The notes under the pieces: model-generated
The model's input: only the letters and a program-made list of their open reading frames with translations
Told to the model about the DNA's origin: nothing
Databases searched by the model: none
Program-made: the position numbers and the translations under genes
In this document: in pieces, positions 42,197-54,999 of the stretch
Position numbering within the stretch: position 1 is the first letter of the stretch
Layout of the letters: each line of letters opens with the position of its first letter
Assembly (NCBI GenBank): GCA_951406725.2
Contig: OX597816.1
Span: 55,676,001 to 55,740,000, forward strand
Reading direction: 5' to 3'
Source: Octopus vulgaris
Taxonomy: Eukaryota
Length of the DNA stretch: 64,000 nucleotides

Positions 42197-42882
42197 TGTG
42201 TGGGTGTATAGTATGCTCAAAAATTATTTTTTCAAAAACAAATCGAAAACATCTAGAATTTCAATACAAAAAAGCTTGACCACATCCCTTCAACCATTCT
42301 TTAATGAATACAAAGAAAAAAAACAAGATTTGGAAATGCAATTATAATTTTTACTGAAGTCAGTCAAAACAACATCTGGATTTTCAATTATAAACCTACA
42401 CTACTACAACTCTTTGACCACATTAATACAAAACCCACACCTTTTTACCTCCCCACCTTAATAAATACAAAAAAATAAAGAAACAAAACTTGGAAATGCA
42501 ATTATAATTTTTACTGAAGAAAGTCAAAGACAACATCTGGTTTTTCAATGAAAAAACCTTGACGAATTCAAATACAAAAATTCTTTTCCTTCTTCGCCCA
42601 AAAATCTCACTAAGTATTGAATCCTAACAATAAACAAGTCTGACCAATCCAACAGAAAAGCCACTCCCCTTTACCTCCCTCTCCTTCTCGGATGTGTTTT
42701 TTGTTCTTTTCCCTTGCTTGGCAAACCCCGCAATTTTTCATTTCATCAAACTTTAAAGCACTTTTTAATAAATCCGATAACGGAAAAAAGCACTAAAAAT
42801 ATAAATAAAATGTGAATATAAATGCATGTTATCATCCAGCATTCTGACTACCTTATTATTCTAAATATACCTCACTTCAAAA

Positions 42883-42926
<44 letters not shown>

Positions 42927-43039
42927 GGAAATAAGTTAAGATAGAAAATGGTAAAATAATTATATAAAATACATTTCAGTACCGGTTTCAGTCATTGAGA
43001 CTTTTCTACTGTAAGTATGGAAAACATTTAAATTTCAGG

Positions 43040-45600
43040 TCCTACTGTTATACTCAAATTCAGTATATGATACTTTAGTTGTATTCGTAAGACAACACAA
43101 TATAGTCATATGCAATACATATAGCCCACCGGACGTTCCAAACCACATGGGCAAGTTTGAAGATTGCCTCACAAGAATAAAAGAAATCCTCATGAAACTA
43201 GAACATCCCTTGAGCGTGTTTCTTATGGGTGATTTCAACTTCCCCAATGTCAAATGGGCCGAATGCCGCATGCTGTCAGGAATTATTCAATGCAAATGAC
43301 TCCCTACTCAACCTCTCTAAAGCCCTATTCATGGAGCAAATAGTACTCAGACCAATTAGCGTTAATAACGTATTGGTTCTCTGCTTCACGGACAATATGG
43401 GCATCGTTCATAATATGAACGTCTAGTACAGAAAAAGAAGTGGCAATAGAAATGGCCTGTAGTCACGTGTGTCTCAGTACATAAAGGAACAAGATTCCAA
43501 GTGAGAGGAAGATGCTCATAATAGGACGGACGAAGGTTGCAAATCGCTTCAACCAACATCTCCAAAGTGGTGAAAGATCCTGCCTAAAAACAGCAATGAT
43601 GGAGATTGAAAAAGTACGCAACAATCTTATATGAAGGGGAGAGCAGACAGAGAAGTCTGGGTTATAAAAAATATCAAGTCAAACCCAAAGGCTTTCTTTC
43701 ATTATGTCAAAGGAACAGTCTCAGTTCCTTGCAAAATAGGATCGCTCTTCCAAATGGATATCTCCCTTACAGATAACTCAACCAATATCAGTGATGTAAT
43801 GAATGACCAGGTCAAAAGTGCTTTTACCACACCTTTAGAACAGAGACAAGTAAACGAACCATTGGGTTTCTTTGCCGCCTCACCTATAACGAGAAAGGCA
43901 GTTATGATGGATTACATCGACATTGGTGAAGAAGATATATTAGCCATAGAGGAGGTAGACGCAAACTGAAATGCCGACCCTGATGGTTTCCCAGCAATCC
44001 TCCTCAAATCGTGTAAGCGTGCCCTGGCGAAACTACCAAACATTCTCTTCCAGAATTTTCTTGTAAATGGCAGGTTGCCAAGCAAACTAACTGAAGGAGG
44101 GAATATGTCCAATTCATGAAGGAGTAAGCAGAGTAGATGCCAAACATCATAGGCATATCTCTCTGACTTCACACATCAGCAAAGCCATGGAACGGATAGT
44201 CAGAGGAAAACTAAACGCGTTCCTTGAAGAAAATGACTTGCAGAGTGTTACCCAGCATGATTTTCGGCCAGTTAGGAGCTGCCTGACCCAGCTGCTACAG
44301 CACTATGAGAGGGTGTTGAGACAGCTACTCGACAACTCAAATGTGGACGTAATATACCTTGACTTTGCTAAAGCTTTTGATAAAGTTGATTATGGTATGA
44401 TATGCCACAAAGTGAATGATTTTGGCATAGCTAGAAAACTTAGAGAGTGATTACATGACTTTCTGAAAGATAGAAGTCATGTAGTAGTGGCCAATGCAGC
44501 CACCTCAAAGAAAACACAAATAGAGAGTGGTAATCCACAAGGCACTGTCTTGGGACCACTGTTTTTCATAGTGGCCCTCTCAGATATACCTGGATAGCCA
44601 CGCTTACCCTTACTCGCTACGCAGATGACACGAAAGTCTCGTAGAAAAAAAGAACCCTAGTGATGTTGCACACTTGCAGCAGGAGTTGGACTCAATTTAC
44701 AGATGAGCTGAGGACAATAATATGCAGATTAATGCTGCAAAATTCCAAGCCTTGCGCTACCAGTGCCCAAAATTGACCGTAAAACCTATAGGGTACACTG
44801 GCCCACAGGGGATTACAATCCCAGAACCTAAATCAGTGTGGAACCTGGGTATCGATATGAGTGTTCATACCTGTTTCCGAGAGCACATTACTAGGATGGC
44901 GACAAAGTGCAGACGATTAGCTGGATGGATCCTGAAAACGTTCAGAACCAGATATAAGGAAACCATGATTGTCCTCTGGGGGAATTTCGTCCTCAGCTCT
45001 CTGGGTTAGTCCTCCCAGCTATGGTCACCCAACAGTATAAAATTAGCAGCGGACCTTGAAGCAATCTAGCAAAGCTTCACTGAGGAGATCGTCTCATTGA
45101 AACAGCTCAGCTACTAGGAAAGGCTGAAACAGCTAAGACTCTACTCCCTGGAGCGAAGGCAGGAAAGATATGTAGTAATATAAATCTGAAAGATCCGGGA
45201 AGAAATTGTGCCAAATTTTGGCATTGAAAGCTACACCTATGCCAGAACTGGTCGGCACTGCACAGTGCCGAAGATCCCAGCAATGCTGTCGGGCTTCAGA
45301 ACTAGTTACTGCAATAGCCTGGGTTTCAAGAGCCCACAGCTTTTTAATATTCTCCCAAAGAGCCTGAGTGAGGGACCCACACAAAATGGCTGTAGGTGTT
45401 TTTAAGGCAAAACTGGATCTTTTCCTGTCGGGAGTCCCAGATGAACGTACCTCGCGGCGGGAGGCGCAAATGAAGGTAGCAACACCAAACTCATTCACCA
45501 AATGCCACATATCATAGGAGGCTCTCAATTATAACAGTGTAGCAAAACGGCGGTGCCCCAGCATGGTCACAGCTTTGAGCTGAAACTGATTAAAGAAAAT
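43040..45600 (+). mobile_element. Decayed CR1/L2-type LINE (APE and RT pseudo-ORF2 with 3' tail)
   Basis: YSPPD..MGDFNFPNVKW (APE); KSNPKAFFHY; SCLTQLL; YLDFAKAFDKVD; PQGTVLGPLFF; YADDTK; YSLERRQERY; multiple stops and frameshifts. Confidence 0.93.
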
Positions 45601-45696
45601 ATATACGTATATATATATATATATATATATATATGGAAATAATTTTAATCTCAAATGCAGGATAAAATAACCAAATTTCCCAGAAAATGTGTGGGC

Positions 45697-45769
45697 GGCC
45701 AGCCATGAGACACGAACTCACATCCCTGTGACTACGCATCTAGTGCTTTACCTTTAAGCTAAACTGATC
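45697..45769 (-). pseudogene. tRNA-like sequence (tRNA pseudogene or SINE head)
   Basis: Acceptor GATCAGT/GCTGGCC, D arm GCTT/AAGC, T arm GTGAG-TTCGTGT-CTCAT; anticodon stem disrupted. Confidence 0.55.
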
Positions 45770-46794
45770 CAAAGAGAAATTCTTCTGCAAATTTAGGATA
45801 TATGTTTATATGTCCTATATTTATATAGTCTAGCTTCGTAAGACGCCATCTTAAGTTAAATTCAAATTACAATGAAAGTAAACAAACTTTGCTTTAGAAG
45901 CTTTGAGATATATACGTACTTATTCGTTTATGCTTTTATTTGTTTCACTCATTTGACTCCAGCCATACCGGAGCACCATATATATATATAATGAAAATAC
46001 ATGTTGTGTAGAAGACATCACCAGCGAGGGAAAAATAAGTAAACCCACGAGAGATAAGTACAGGACAAAGTACCAAAAGCATACACAATAAGTACACATC
46101 ATCAATGTGTGAAAAATACATAAACACACGAAAGAAAAACACAAGGAAAAATACCAAAAGTAGATAACTTCTCATCAGTTGTCGGACTGTTTGTTACTCC
46201 TACTTCATGCTTTTAAAGACTATGAAGGGAAGTTCATAAGACCGCAGCATCCAGAAAATTTTAAAATATAAAATTCATGGAGTGTTAGAGATTCGAACGA
46301 ATAAAAAACTACAGAGTTGGCTTACAGAGTAAATAGTCGACGAAGACAAACATTAAGGATTGTTACACCAAGACGAATTGTAATGAATAACGCCTGGAAA
46401 AATAATTAGAAGAGGAGAAAATAGTATTAGAAAAAGATGTCGGGAATCGAGAAAAATGACATCCAACCCGATGAACGTCTAGTCCTGGAAATAAAGGAGC
46501 GATAGACATGGCCTGTAGTAACGCGTGGATAACAGAGGCAGAGCGGAAGAGAGACAAGCGAAAGGATGAGGGAAAGAAATAAAAGGAGTGTCGGAGGAGG
46601 GAGAAGGAATGTCAGATAGTAAGGACTGGAAGAATGACAGATAAGGAAGGCAAAGAAGGTTATAGTGGGATAGAGAGAAAGAAAGAACACAGGGAGTCAT
46701 TCTTTCTCCCTTCTCACTTCTTTTGCTTCTTTCCCTCACCCTCTCTCTTGTCCCCCTCCTCTCTGCCTCTGATGGATGGGTAGATGGATGGATC

Positions 46795-47030
<236 letters not shown>

Positions 47031-47475
47031 AGAAAACAAATGCATATTTTAATTTAATAGGGCTGAAAATAGCAAAAGGTTAACCGGAGTTAATTGGAAA
47101 CAATAATTTCCTAATTGGTAATAAATGAAGAGAAATTGAAAAACATTATTTTGGTTCGACATACTTGTATTAGTAGTCAAGTATCTCCGCTGAATCATAA
47201 ACAACGTACACATGATACACAATATTAAACAACCACCACTCAATCGCATCACATGATGAGCCGCTGTGGCTTGACATACATGCTGGAAATAAAAAGCAGC
47301 CACGCAAAATCACACACCTACTTCCTGCAGCCATTCAGAATAGCTAGTCCAGATATGCAAACAGATTTTACAATATTTGTTTTAAATTTTCCAAAACTAC
47401 CTTTTTTTTATTGTAATTTTTACTTTTGGTGATTAAATCAGCAACTAATTTGACTTATGTGATTTACAACAACAC

Positions 47476-47582
<107 letters not shown>

Positions 47583-48815
47583 GCATACATACCATGCATG
47601 CATACCATACATACACACCATACACACATACATGTATTTATATATATATATATGTGCGTGTGTGTGTATTTAAATCGATTTGTTTACATTTGAACAGAAT
47701 AAATATAAAGGGAAGCCATTTTTGTTGGCGTTTTGTGATTTTAAAATCGCTCTTTTTTCTTTTCAGTTTCAGATTATTAAGAAGAAAAATGTTACTATAA
47801 ATACAAAATGTGTATGTGCGTGTGTCTGTACAGTCATTCGTACATGCACACATATTCATGAATTAGCACACTTGGATAAGCAATTCTTAGGAACATCTAC
47901 TCACATATACATTGTGTGTCTGTGTATATTTATACATATACATATAATATGCAAATATATATGTGTGTGTTTGTGTATGTGTGTATATATATATTCGCTC
48001 ATGCTTCACATGCATACAGACAAGCAGACACACACACACAGATACGTACGTACACATGCACAATCACACTCAGATTTACACCTCATTTTTATAAAATGTC
48101 TTCAGGAATTTAAGCTTTGAACATCAGTTGAGATTCAGCGACTAAAAAGGAAAAAACAGCCATGTTGTTGTTTTAACAAAAATATCAACAGCAACAATAA
48201 TCACAATGATGATGATAATAATAATAATAATGATAATAATAATAATAATGATAATTTTCTGTTAATTTTTAATGCAATTTCTTTTTAAATTATCAACTGA
48301 TTACATTATGTACAGCTGAAGTATTTTTATGTTTCTATGTAAATATATATCTCGTTTGCGTTTAATGAACGCGCTTGTAGTTTACGTTTATAAACATACA
48401 CACAGTTATATATATATGTGTGTGTGAGTGCTGTGTGTGTGAGTGAACGAGCAAGTATACACGCATATCTCATCTGTTTACTTACAACGCTTTTACACAC
48501 ATACCCCATACACACACATACAGTGTTCCCCTCTCTCTCTCTCTCTCTCTCATTGCCAGTTTGTATACATGTATATATAAATATGTCTGTGTGTATTTGT
48601 ATGAATGCATTAATTTATGCCTGCATGTCCATGTGGTGCTACCCATTGCGTAATAATTAATATTTTTAAAATAATTAAAATTCTGTCTTTTAATTCCAAA
48701 TAAATAAAATTCATCTCTACTTACAATTCCGCTTTCAGAGTTGCTAGAAATAGCAGCCAATACCCGAATACCCTCACAAAGAAATATCTTAATGAACAAT
48801 GTAAAGGATTTTAAA

Positions 48816-48990
48816 ATGGTGGCAGAATCTTCGGCATGCGGGACAAAATGCTGAACGGCGGCATTTCGTCGCTCTTTACGGTTTGAGATCAAATTCGATT
48901 TTGTCAAGTTCGATGCTGATCCTCATCCTTTAGGGGTCGATAAAGAAATTACCAGCTGAGCACCGGCGATCGGTCGAGGTAATCGACTCA
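48816..48990 (+). mobile_element. SINE family B, diverged
   Basis: TGGCAGAATC...CATCCTTTAGGGGTCGATAAA. Confidence 0.7.
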
Positions 48991-49429
48991 CCCCACCATT
49001 TGCTCAATTCTTCGAATGTGCTTCTCTTGTGAGGAAATTTAAAGCCAATATACTGTATTTAAATTTCGTGGTTGAACTTGCGGAATTTGTAAATCTGGGA
49101 GGCAAAATCCGGTCTAATCATCATACTAATGTATGAAGATGAAAGCTCCATTACTAACCTGGAATGAGGCATCAAAACGGTCACCTGTAAGCTAGAAAGA
49201 GTAACTACTCAATCAAATGACACGCAAAGAGACTAAGAGAAATTTTGAAAAGAAAACAAATCGACAATTTAGTCACGGCTGGATCGTTGGGGTGAATAAC
49301 AAGTAGCCTTACAACAACCTACTTAAATTACACAATAGCAGTAACAGTATGGAGGAATGCGCTGTAACAGAGCGCGCGGCATCCTTATTTTGTCGGTCAT
49401 CGTCACTACCCTTGCCGATTGACACTTTG

Positions 49430-49708
49430 CCACCGGTCAGGCAACAACCTGACTCTTTCGGTTGTCATTGATGGTGAATGTTATACAAGGTCTGAGTCCA
49501 ATTTTTGTTTCAACCTCGTTTAATCGCCCTTTACGACAATCAGAGAAACCATTGGGTTTATTTTTGAAATATCGGCCCCCAAACAACACTAAGGCAACGT
49601 GAAATGAAATGCTTTACTCAGAAACACAATACACAGCCCAGTCCGGGAACCGACCCAACGATGTGTTTATCTTGATTGCAACACCATGGCCACAAGGCTA
49701 CCTGCCTT
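49430..49708 (-). mobile_element. Diverged CORE-type SINE
   Basis: GCAACGTGAAATGAAATGCTTTACTCAGAAACACAA matches the family D CORE-like segment. Confidence 0.55.
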
Positions 49709-50435
49709 GACAAGTTAAATCTGTAACTATTAAGTAGTTCTCTCACGTTAGAACATACACAATGAAGGTTCTCTTAAATATAACAAGCACAGATGCAGCT
49801 TCTCACTCCTGCGAAGGAATTACACTCTGCTGTGCATATATTGCCGCAATAGGCATCAAGTGGGTGACAGATTACTGTTTTGGAAGACATCTGTATAACG
49901 TATCAGTCCTCTATCTGATGCACAGTGTTTTCCAACACATCCTACAAGTAGAGATGCCGTATAATGCGTAACTAACAGCTCTGAAGTCTTTTAAAACCTG
50001 GGGAACAAATTTGACCGCATGAAACAAATCAATACGGAATTACTAAAAATGGAGGCCAAAGTCGGAAGAAATCCTTTGGCACGATCAAACCTAAATGGAT
50101 TCAATCAGTATATAACAAACAGCACAGACACCAAATATGTTCCCTATTTGAAAAACGACACTGCAAAAGCAGGAAACATAGAATATGAATGTAGGAAATT
50201 TACTGTTCCAAACTAACAGTAAAAAGATGGGGAAAATCAAAAATAACTACGATAAAACTTGAACACAGTTGTCCATTAAAATGAAACGTTAAAATTTAAA
50301 AAAAACAACATGTATATCCATAAGTATATATATATATATAAATATAATATAATTCGAGACAAAACCACTATTTTAAAACCAAACAAGGAAAGACTTAATC
50401 AATACATAAAATTTTAATATAAATTAAATAAACCG

Positions 50436-50478
50436 CCACTACATATGTTTCATGTCTGCTCCGACAATCTTCAGGTGG
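50436..50478 (-). ncRNA. Minimal type I hammerhead ribozyme motif
   Basis: Minus strand CCAC-CTGAAGA-T-TGTC(GGAGCA)GACA-T-GAAA-CATATG-TA-GTGG: intact core, perfect stem I, palindromic stem III ACATATGT, GUA site. Confidence 0.82.
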
Positions 50479-52149
50479 ATTTTCGATCTAGAAATAGCAA
50501 TATTTTAAAATATAATTTAAAATAATTTAAAATAATAAAACAATAAAATTATCAATGAAAGAATGTAAAAAAAAATAAATATATAATCTATATATAATCT
50601 ATATATAATCTATATATAATCAATATATAATCTAAAATAATCTAAAATAAACCCTATAAACAATTGAATATAAAAACCTATTATAAAAGTTCTCATATTT
50701 AAAAATGTACAAAAACCAAAAAACAACAAGCAAAAAACAAAAACCAAAACCTAAAAACAAAAAACAAAAGAACAAAAACAAAAAACAAAAAATAAACTAT
50801 ATATACACATACATGCTCATACACTCAACACATTACTTATTCATACTTCCTCACACACACATACAACACTCAATTCATAAACAATATACATATACCCGCT
50901 CACACATACATATACATACACATACATACAGAACACGATATATACCAATATATAAACACCCACACCCATACAGATAAATAAATTACGCAAACAATCACAC
51001 ACACACACACACACACACATTTTCACACATACATAAACACTCAAAAGAAAACCGAACAATTCTTAGCACGTGGATATCAAACATTTAAAAAAATTATGAA
51101 TGGAAATGAAATCCATACATTCAAGTATAAATATAACTATACAAACCCTAACACAATACACACAAATACACACACATATATACACACACCCACAAACATA
51201 ACCATATACACACTCACACATACATATACATACGTACAAGTCCCATACTAACAAACTTTAATAAAACGACCATGAAAAACGAAAACTCATATATATTAAT
51301 ATATATATAAAAGAGTGTGTACACGCAGACGGGTGCAATCACACGCACATTCAAAACTTACATATATACAAGTGCATAAATAATCACACCCAATTACATA
51401 GCACTCATACACTCCCACATCTACACTTACACTTGTACACTCTCACACATACATACACACCCATACCTACATACAAAAAATTTTAACATCTGCAAAACAA
51501 TTTTGTCAATCATAAAATAAAGTCAAAAATTAAAAGACAATATAACTAATCAAACACTTATCTTAAGCAAAAGGTAAAATTCAACATGGACAAACAGGAT
51601 AGAAAATTCACAGTATCCAAGTGTAATGATAACAGATGTGAGACGAGTCAATGAGACATGCATACCGAGCGAATTGAAACCGTCACCGTTTGTTAGTTTC
51701 AAAGAAGAAGCCATGGATGTTATAGCATGGAAAACTAGATTTACTTACGGAGGCAGCAACTGAGTATCGCCTGCGGAGATACATATAGATCTTCTTATAG
51801 AGGTAAATCGTTACATAATTTAATTAGAAATTAGCTTTAGATCCTGTATACACAAGGGTCTGTGCGTATCGAAACATTTGTAGTGATTAAAAAGCTGTCT
51901 AACCGTACTTACTCTTCTTTTAGACTCTTACTTTTTACTTTCACACTCGAGGAATACCTAAGACTAGTATTGGTAGCATATCCTAATTATACTACCGGGT
52001 ATCTGGATGAACGAGCTCTATTTGTACTCTCATACGTTGTTAACGAAACATGCCTCAACTATATAACAAGCACAGATGTAGCTGAGCAGAGAATCTGCAT
52101 CAAATTTTAGCAAAAGCCTGGCGATACCTGCTCACAGGCCTATGCAAAG

Positions 52150-52750
52150 TTTTCAAAAAGCTTTTGTCGTTCTCGACACAGTCAAGGAGATCTTGTGGAA
52201 ATGAAACCCGACTGCGTTTTTGAGGGTCAGCTGCAAGCTGTTTTGGCACAAACTTGTGAGACACGCGTCTCATATTCAAATCTTCAATGATAATAGACTG
52301 AACTGAACCGTAACTAATCTGCACATCCTCTGATAACTCACGGATGGTGATTCGACGATTTACCCTCACAGCTGCACGCACATCTGTGACGTTTTCCTGA
52401 GTTCTGCTGGTTGCTGGTTTCCTAGAATATTTGTCACTATCGACATTTTCCCGCCATCTTGAAAACATCTGAACCACTCGTACACTTGTGTACGGCTCAT
52501 ACACTCCTCTGCATACACTTTCTGCAACTTTGCGTTGGCCTCTGAGCAGTTATCGCCATGAGACCCTTTCTGCGACGGTAAATGGGACAATCACATGCTA
52601 CACACGTTCCTTCCTAGCACTGCTGTAAACAGCAGAAGCGAGATAGAGCTTTAAACTCAATGCGTATACACAGCCAAACGACTTTACTCATCGTGCTTTA
52701 GCTTCGTTACTATGTCAACAGGCCATATACTTATTGATCAGAACACGTAT
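52150..52750 (-). mobile_element. Mariner fragment (5' TIR and N-terminal HTH region; irritans-like)
   Basis: MSRTQVYEWF...RRITIRELSE...RRVSHKFVPKQL; TIR-like TACGTGTTCTGATCAATAAGTAT at about 52727-52749. Confidence 0.85.
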
Positions 52751-52887
52751 GTATGTATATAATAATAATAATAATAATAATAATAGGGAGTATAACTCCA
52801 AACTTATTATTATATTATTTGTTATTTATGTATTGGTTTATGTCTATCACTGTTTGAGTTGCATAATTGTGGTTTTAACTCTAATTT

Positions 52888-52922
<35 letters not shown>

Positions 52923-52925
<3 letters not shown>

Positions 52926-53225
52926 GGAGTAAACACATAAATGTGAAACAAGGTGGAAAAAAGAGTACTCAAATACCAGTGGTAGAGTAATATGCTTTAT
53001 TTTAAGCAGCAGAAAATTCAACAAAATCTGTTACTCTGAGTTTCTCGTTGCCGTTCATCAGACAGTTTTTGCTAGAATGGAACCGATATATCAATTAGCG
53101 TTTGTAAGAGTCTAGATTGAATTGATATATCGGTTCCATTCTAGCAAAAACTGTCTGATGAACGGCAACGAGAAACTCAGATTAACAGATTTTGTTGAAT
53201 ATCCTGCTGCTTAAAATAAAGTATA
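52923..53225. mobile_element. Short fold-back PLE/retrozyme-like insertion with two inverted hammerhead motifs
   Basis: About 105-bp near-perfect inverted arms (52991-53096 / 53120-53225); related copy at 41615-41832; flanked by (TA)n. Confidence 0.8.
53025..53068 (-). ncRNA. Minimal type I hammerhead ribozyme motif
   Basis: Minus strand AAACTGT-CTGATGA-ACG(GCAA)CGA-GAAA-CTC-A-GAG-TA-ACAG. The plus-strand twin at about 53148-53191 has GAG changed to GAT next to the site. Confidence 0.78.
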
Positions 53226-53236
53226 TATATATATAT

Positions 53237-53523
53237 CACGTGACCACGTGACCGAGCAGACCATCGCTGGTCACAATGCGTTCGCATTGTTTTAGCCTTC
53301 GAACGACGCCACCCCGCTGGCTAAGCGAGCAGGCCAACAGAAGAAAGAATGAGAGAAAGAGTGGTGAAAGAGTACCGCATGGATCACCTCCCCCCTGCCG
53401 GAGCCTCGTGGACCTTTTAGGTGTTTTCGCTCTATAAACACACACAACGCCCGGTCTGGGAATCGAAACCGCAATCCTCCGACCGCGAATCCGCTGCCCT
53501 AACCACTGGGCCATTGGGCCTCC
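53237..53523 (-). mobile_element. SINE family C
   Basis: Minus strand TGGCCCAGTGG A-box and GGTTTCGATTCCC B-box; matches 59820-60093 and 63566-63898. Confidence 0.85.
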
Positions 53524-54159
53524 ATATATATATATATATAGGGGTTAGCCATATTCGATTGCCATATTTACATCACGATATATATATATATATATATATA
53601 TATATCAAAGACGTATATTTATTGCAATGTCCGTAATAAATATACTGTAGTTAGTCAATTGTTTTTGTTGCCTCACAGCTGGATTAAAAACATGTCAATA
53701 TACTTAATTGTTTTGTTGGTATGATGTGTTTTTTGTTTAGCTCTTTTAGCTATCTTGTTTTGTTTTTCGCGCGTGTGTGTGTGTGTCCTAAGCATTAAAA
53801 CTAAAATTAATTTCGCTTACATTTTCTGACGCATGAAGTAACAGTGTTCAAGGATTCACTATTTAATTACACCGCTCACAAATTCAGGATATATAAATTA
53901 ATGGAGTCATTTGAATTACATTCTTCATTTCGTTTCATTGAAGAATCAATTCATGTCCGCTCTGTGTCTGAGTATATGAAGGAGTGTACTTGCTCTATGA
54001 CAAGTCGGTTATTCAACCTGGACATTAGTTGCCGTTAAATCCAGATTTTTAATTTGAAAACAGTATAGTGCATTTGCCTGGATCTGCATTCCAAAGCGGA
54101 AATCTTAAAAAAAGATTTGCACTCATATTACATTATATTTACCACACAAACGTGTGTGT

Positions 54160-54332
54160 ATGTGTGAGTGAGTGAGTGAGTGAGTGAGTGAATGTGTGTG
54201 AGTGAGTGAGTGTGCGTGAGTGAGTGAGAGTGTGAGTGAGTGAGTGAGTGAGTGAGTGAGTGAGTGAGTGAATGAGTGAGTGAGTGTGAATGAGTGTCTG
54301 TGAGTGTGAATGAGTGTGAATGAGTGTGTGTG
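54160..54332. repeat. (GAGT)n-type simple repeat
   Basis: Directly visible; source of the HSLT ORFs. Confidence 0.93.
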
Positions 54333-54730
54333 AAACGCACTCATCAGAAATCACCGAATTCTGGTTCCAATACTGATCCAAATATTCCATTTGCTTTTCT
54401 GTGGGGAACGTCTCTACACCACAAACCTTTCTTTGATATACTCTCTGCAACTCTGATTCCCTTGTAAACAGTCATCAGTTTATGGTATATTTTAATTTAG
54501 GCGTTTATGGTTGAAATTTTCCCACTTACTCGTGTTTGTATACTCATATTGTGTTTGACTGATGTATTCCATGAAATATGTTTTGTCCATTGCGGGAACG
54601 GAATAGTTACGTGGTTTGTCTGCAGTCATTGTTATTCTACATTCCGAACAATAATATTCAATTAGATTTTTGAACTAACAAGAAAGCCCAAGTCTCATGT
54701 TAATTGAGTTATGGTATACAAGTGGAAAAC

Positions 54731-54961
54731 GCGGCGAGCTGGCAGAAGCGTTAGCACGCCGGGCGAAATGCTTAGCGGTATTTCGCCTGCCTTTACGTTC
54801 TGAGTTCAAATTCTGCCGAGGTCGACTTTGCCTTTCATTCTTTCGGGGTCGATTAAATAAGTACCAGTTACGCACTGGGTCGATATAATCGACTTAATCC
54901 GTTTGTCTGTCCTTGTTTTTCCTCTCTGTGTTTAGCCCCTTGTGGGTAGTAAAGAAATAGG
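54731..54961 (+). mobile_element. SINE family B, well preserved, with likely target-site duplication
   Basis: Full head and Nin/Deu-like domain; flanking GGTATACAAGTGGA at 54712-54725 and 54960-54973. Confidence 0.9.
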
Positions 54962-54999
54962 TATACAAGTGGATGCAATTAATTTACTTATTTTAGATC

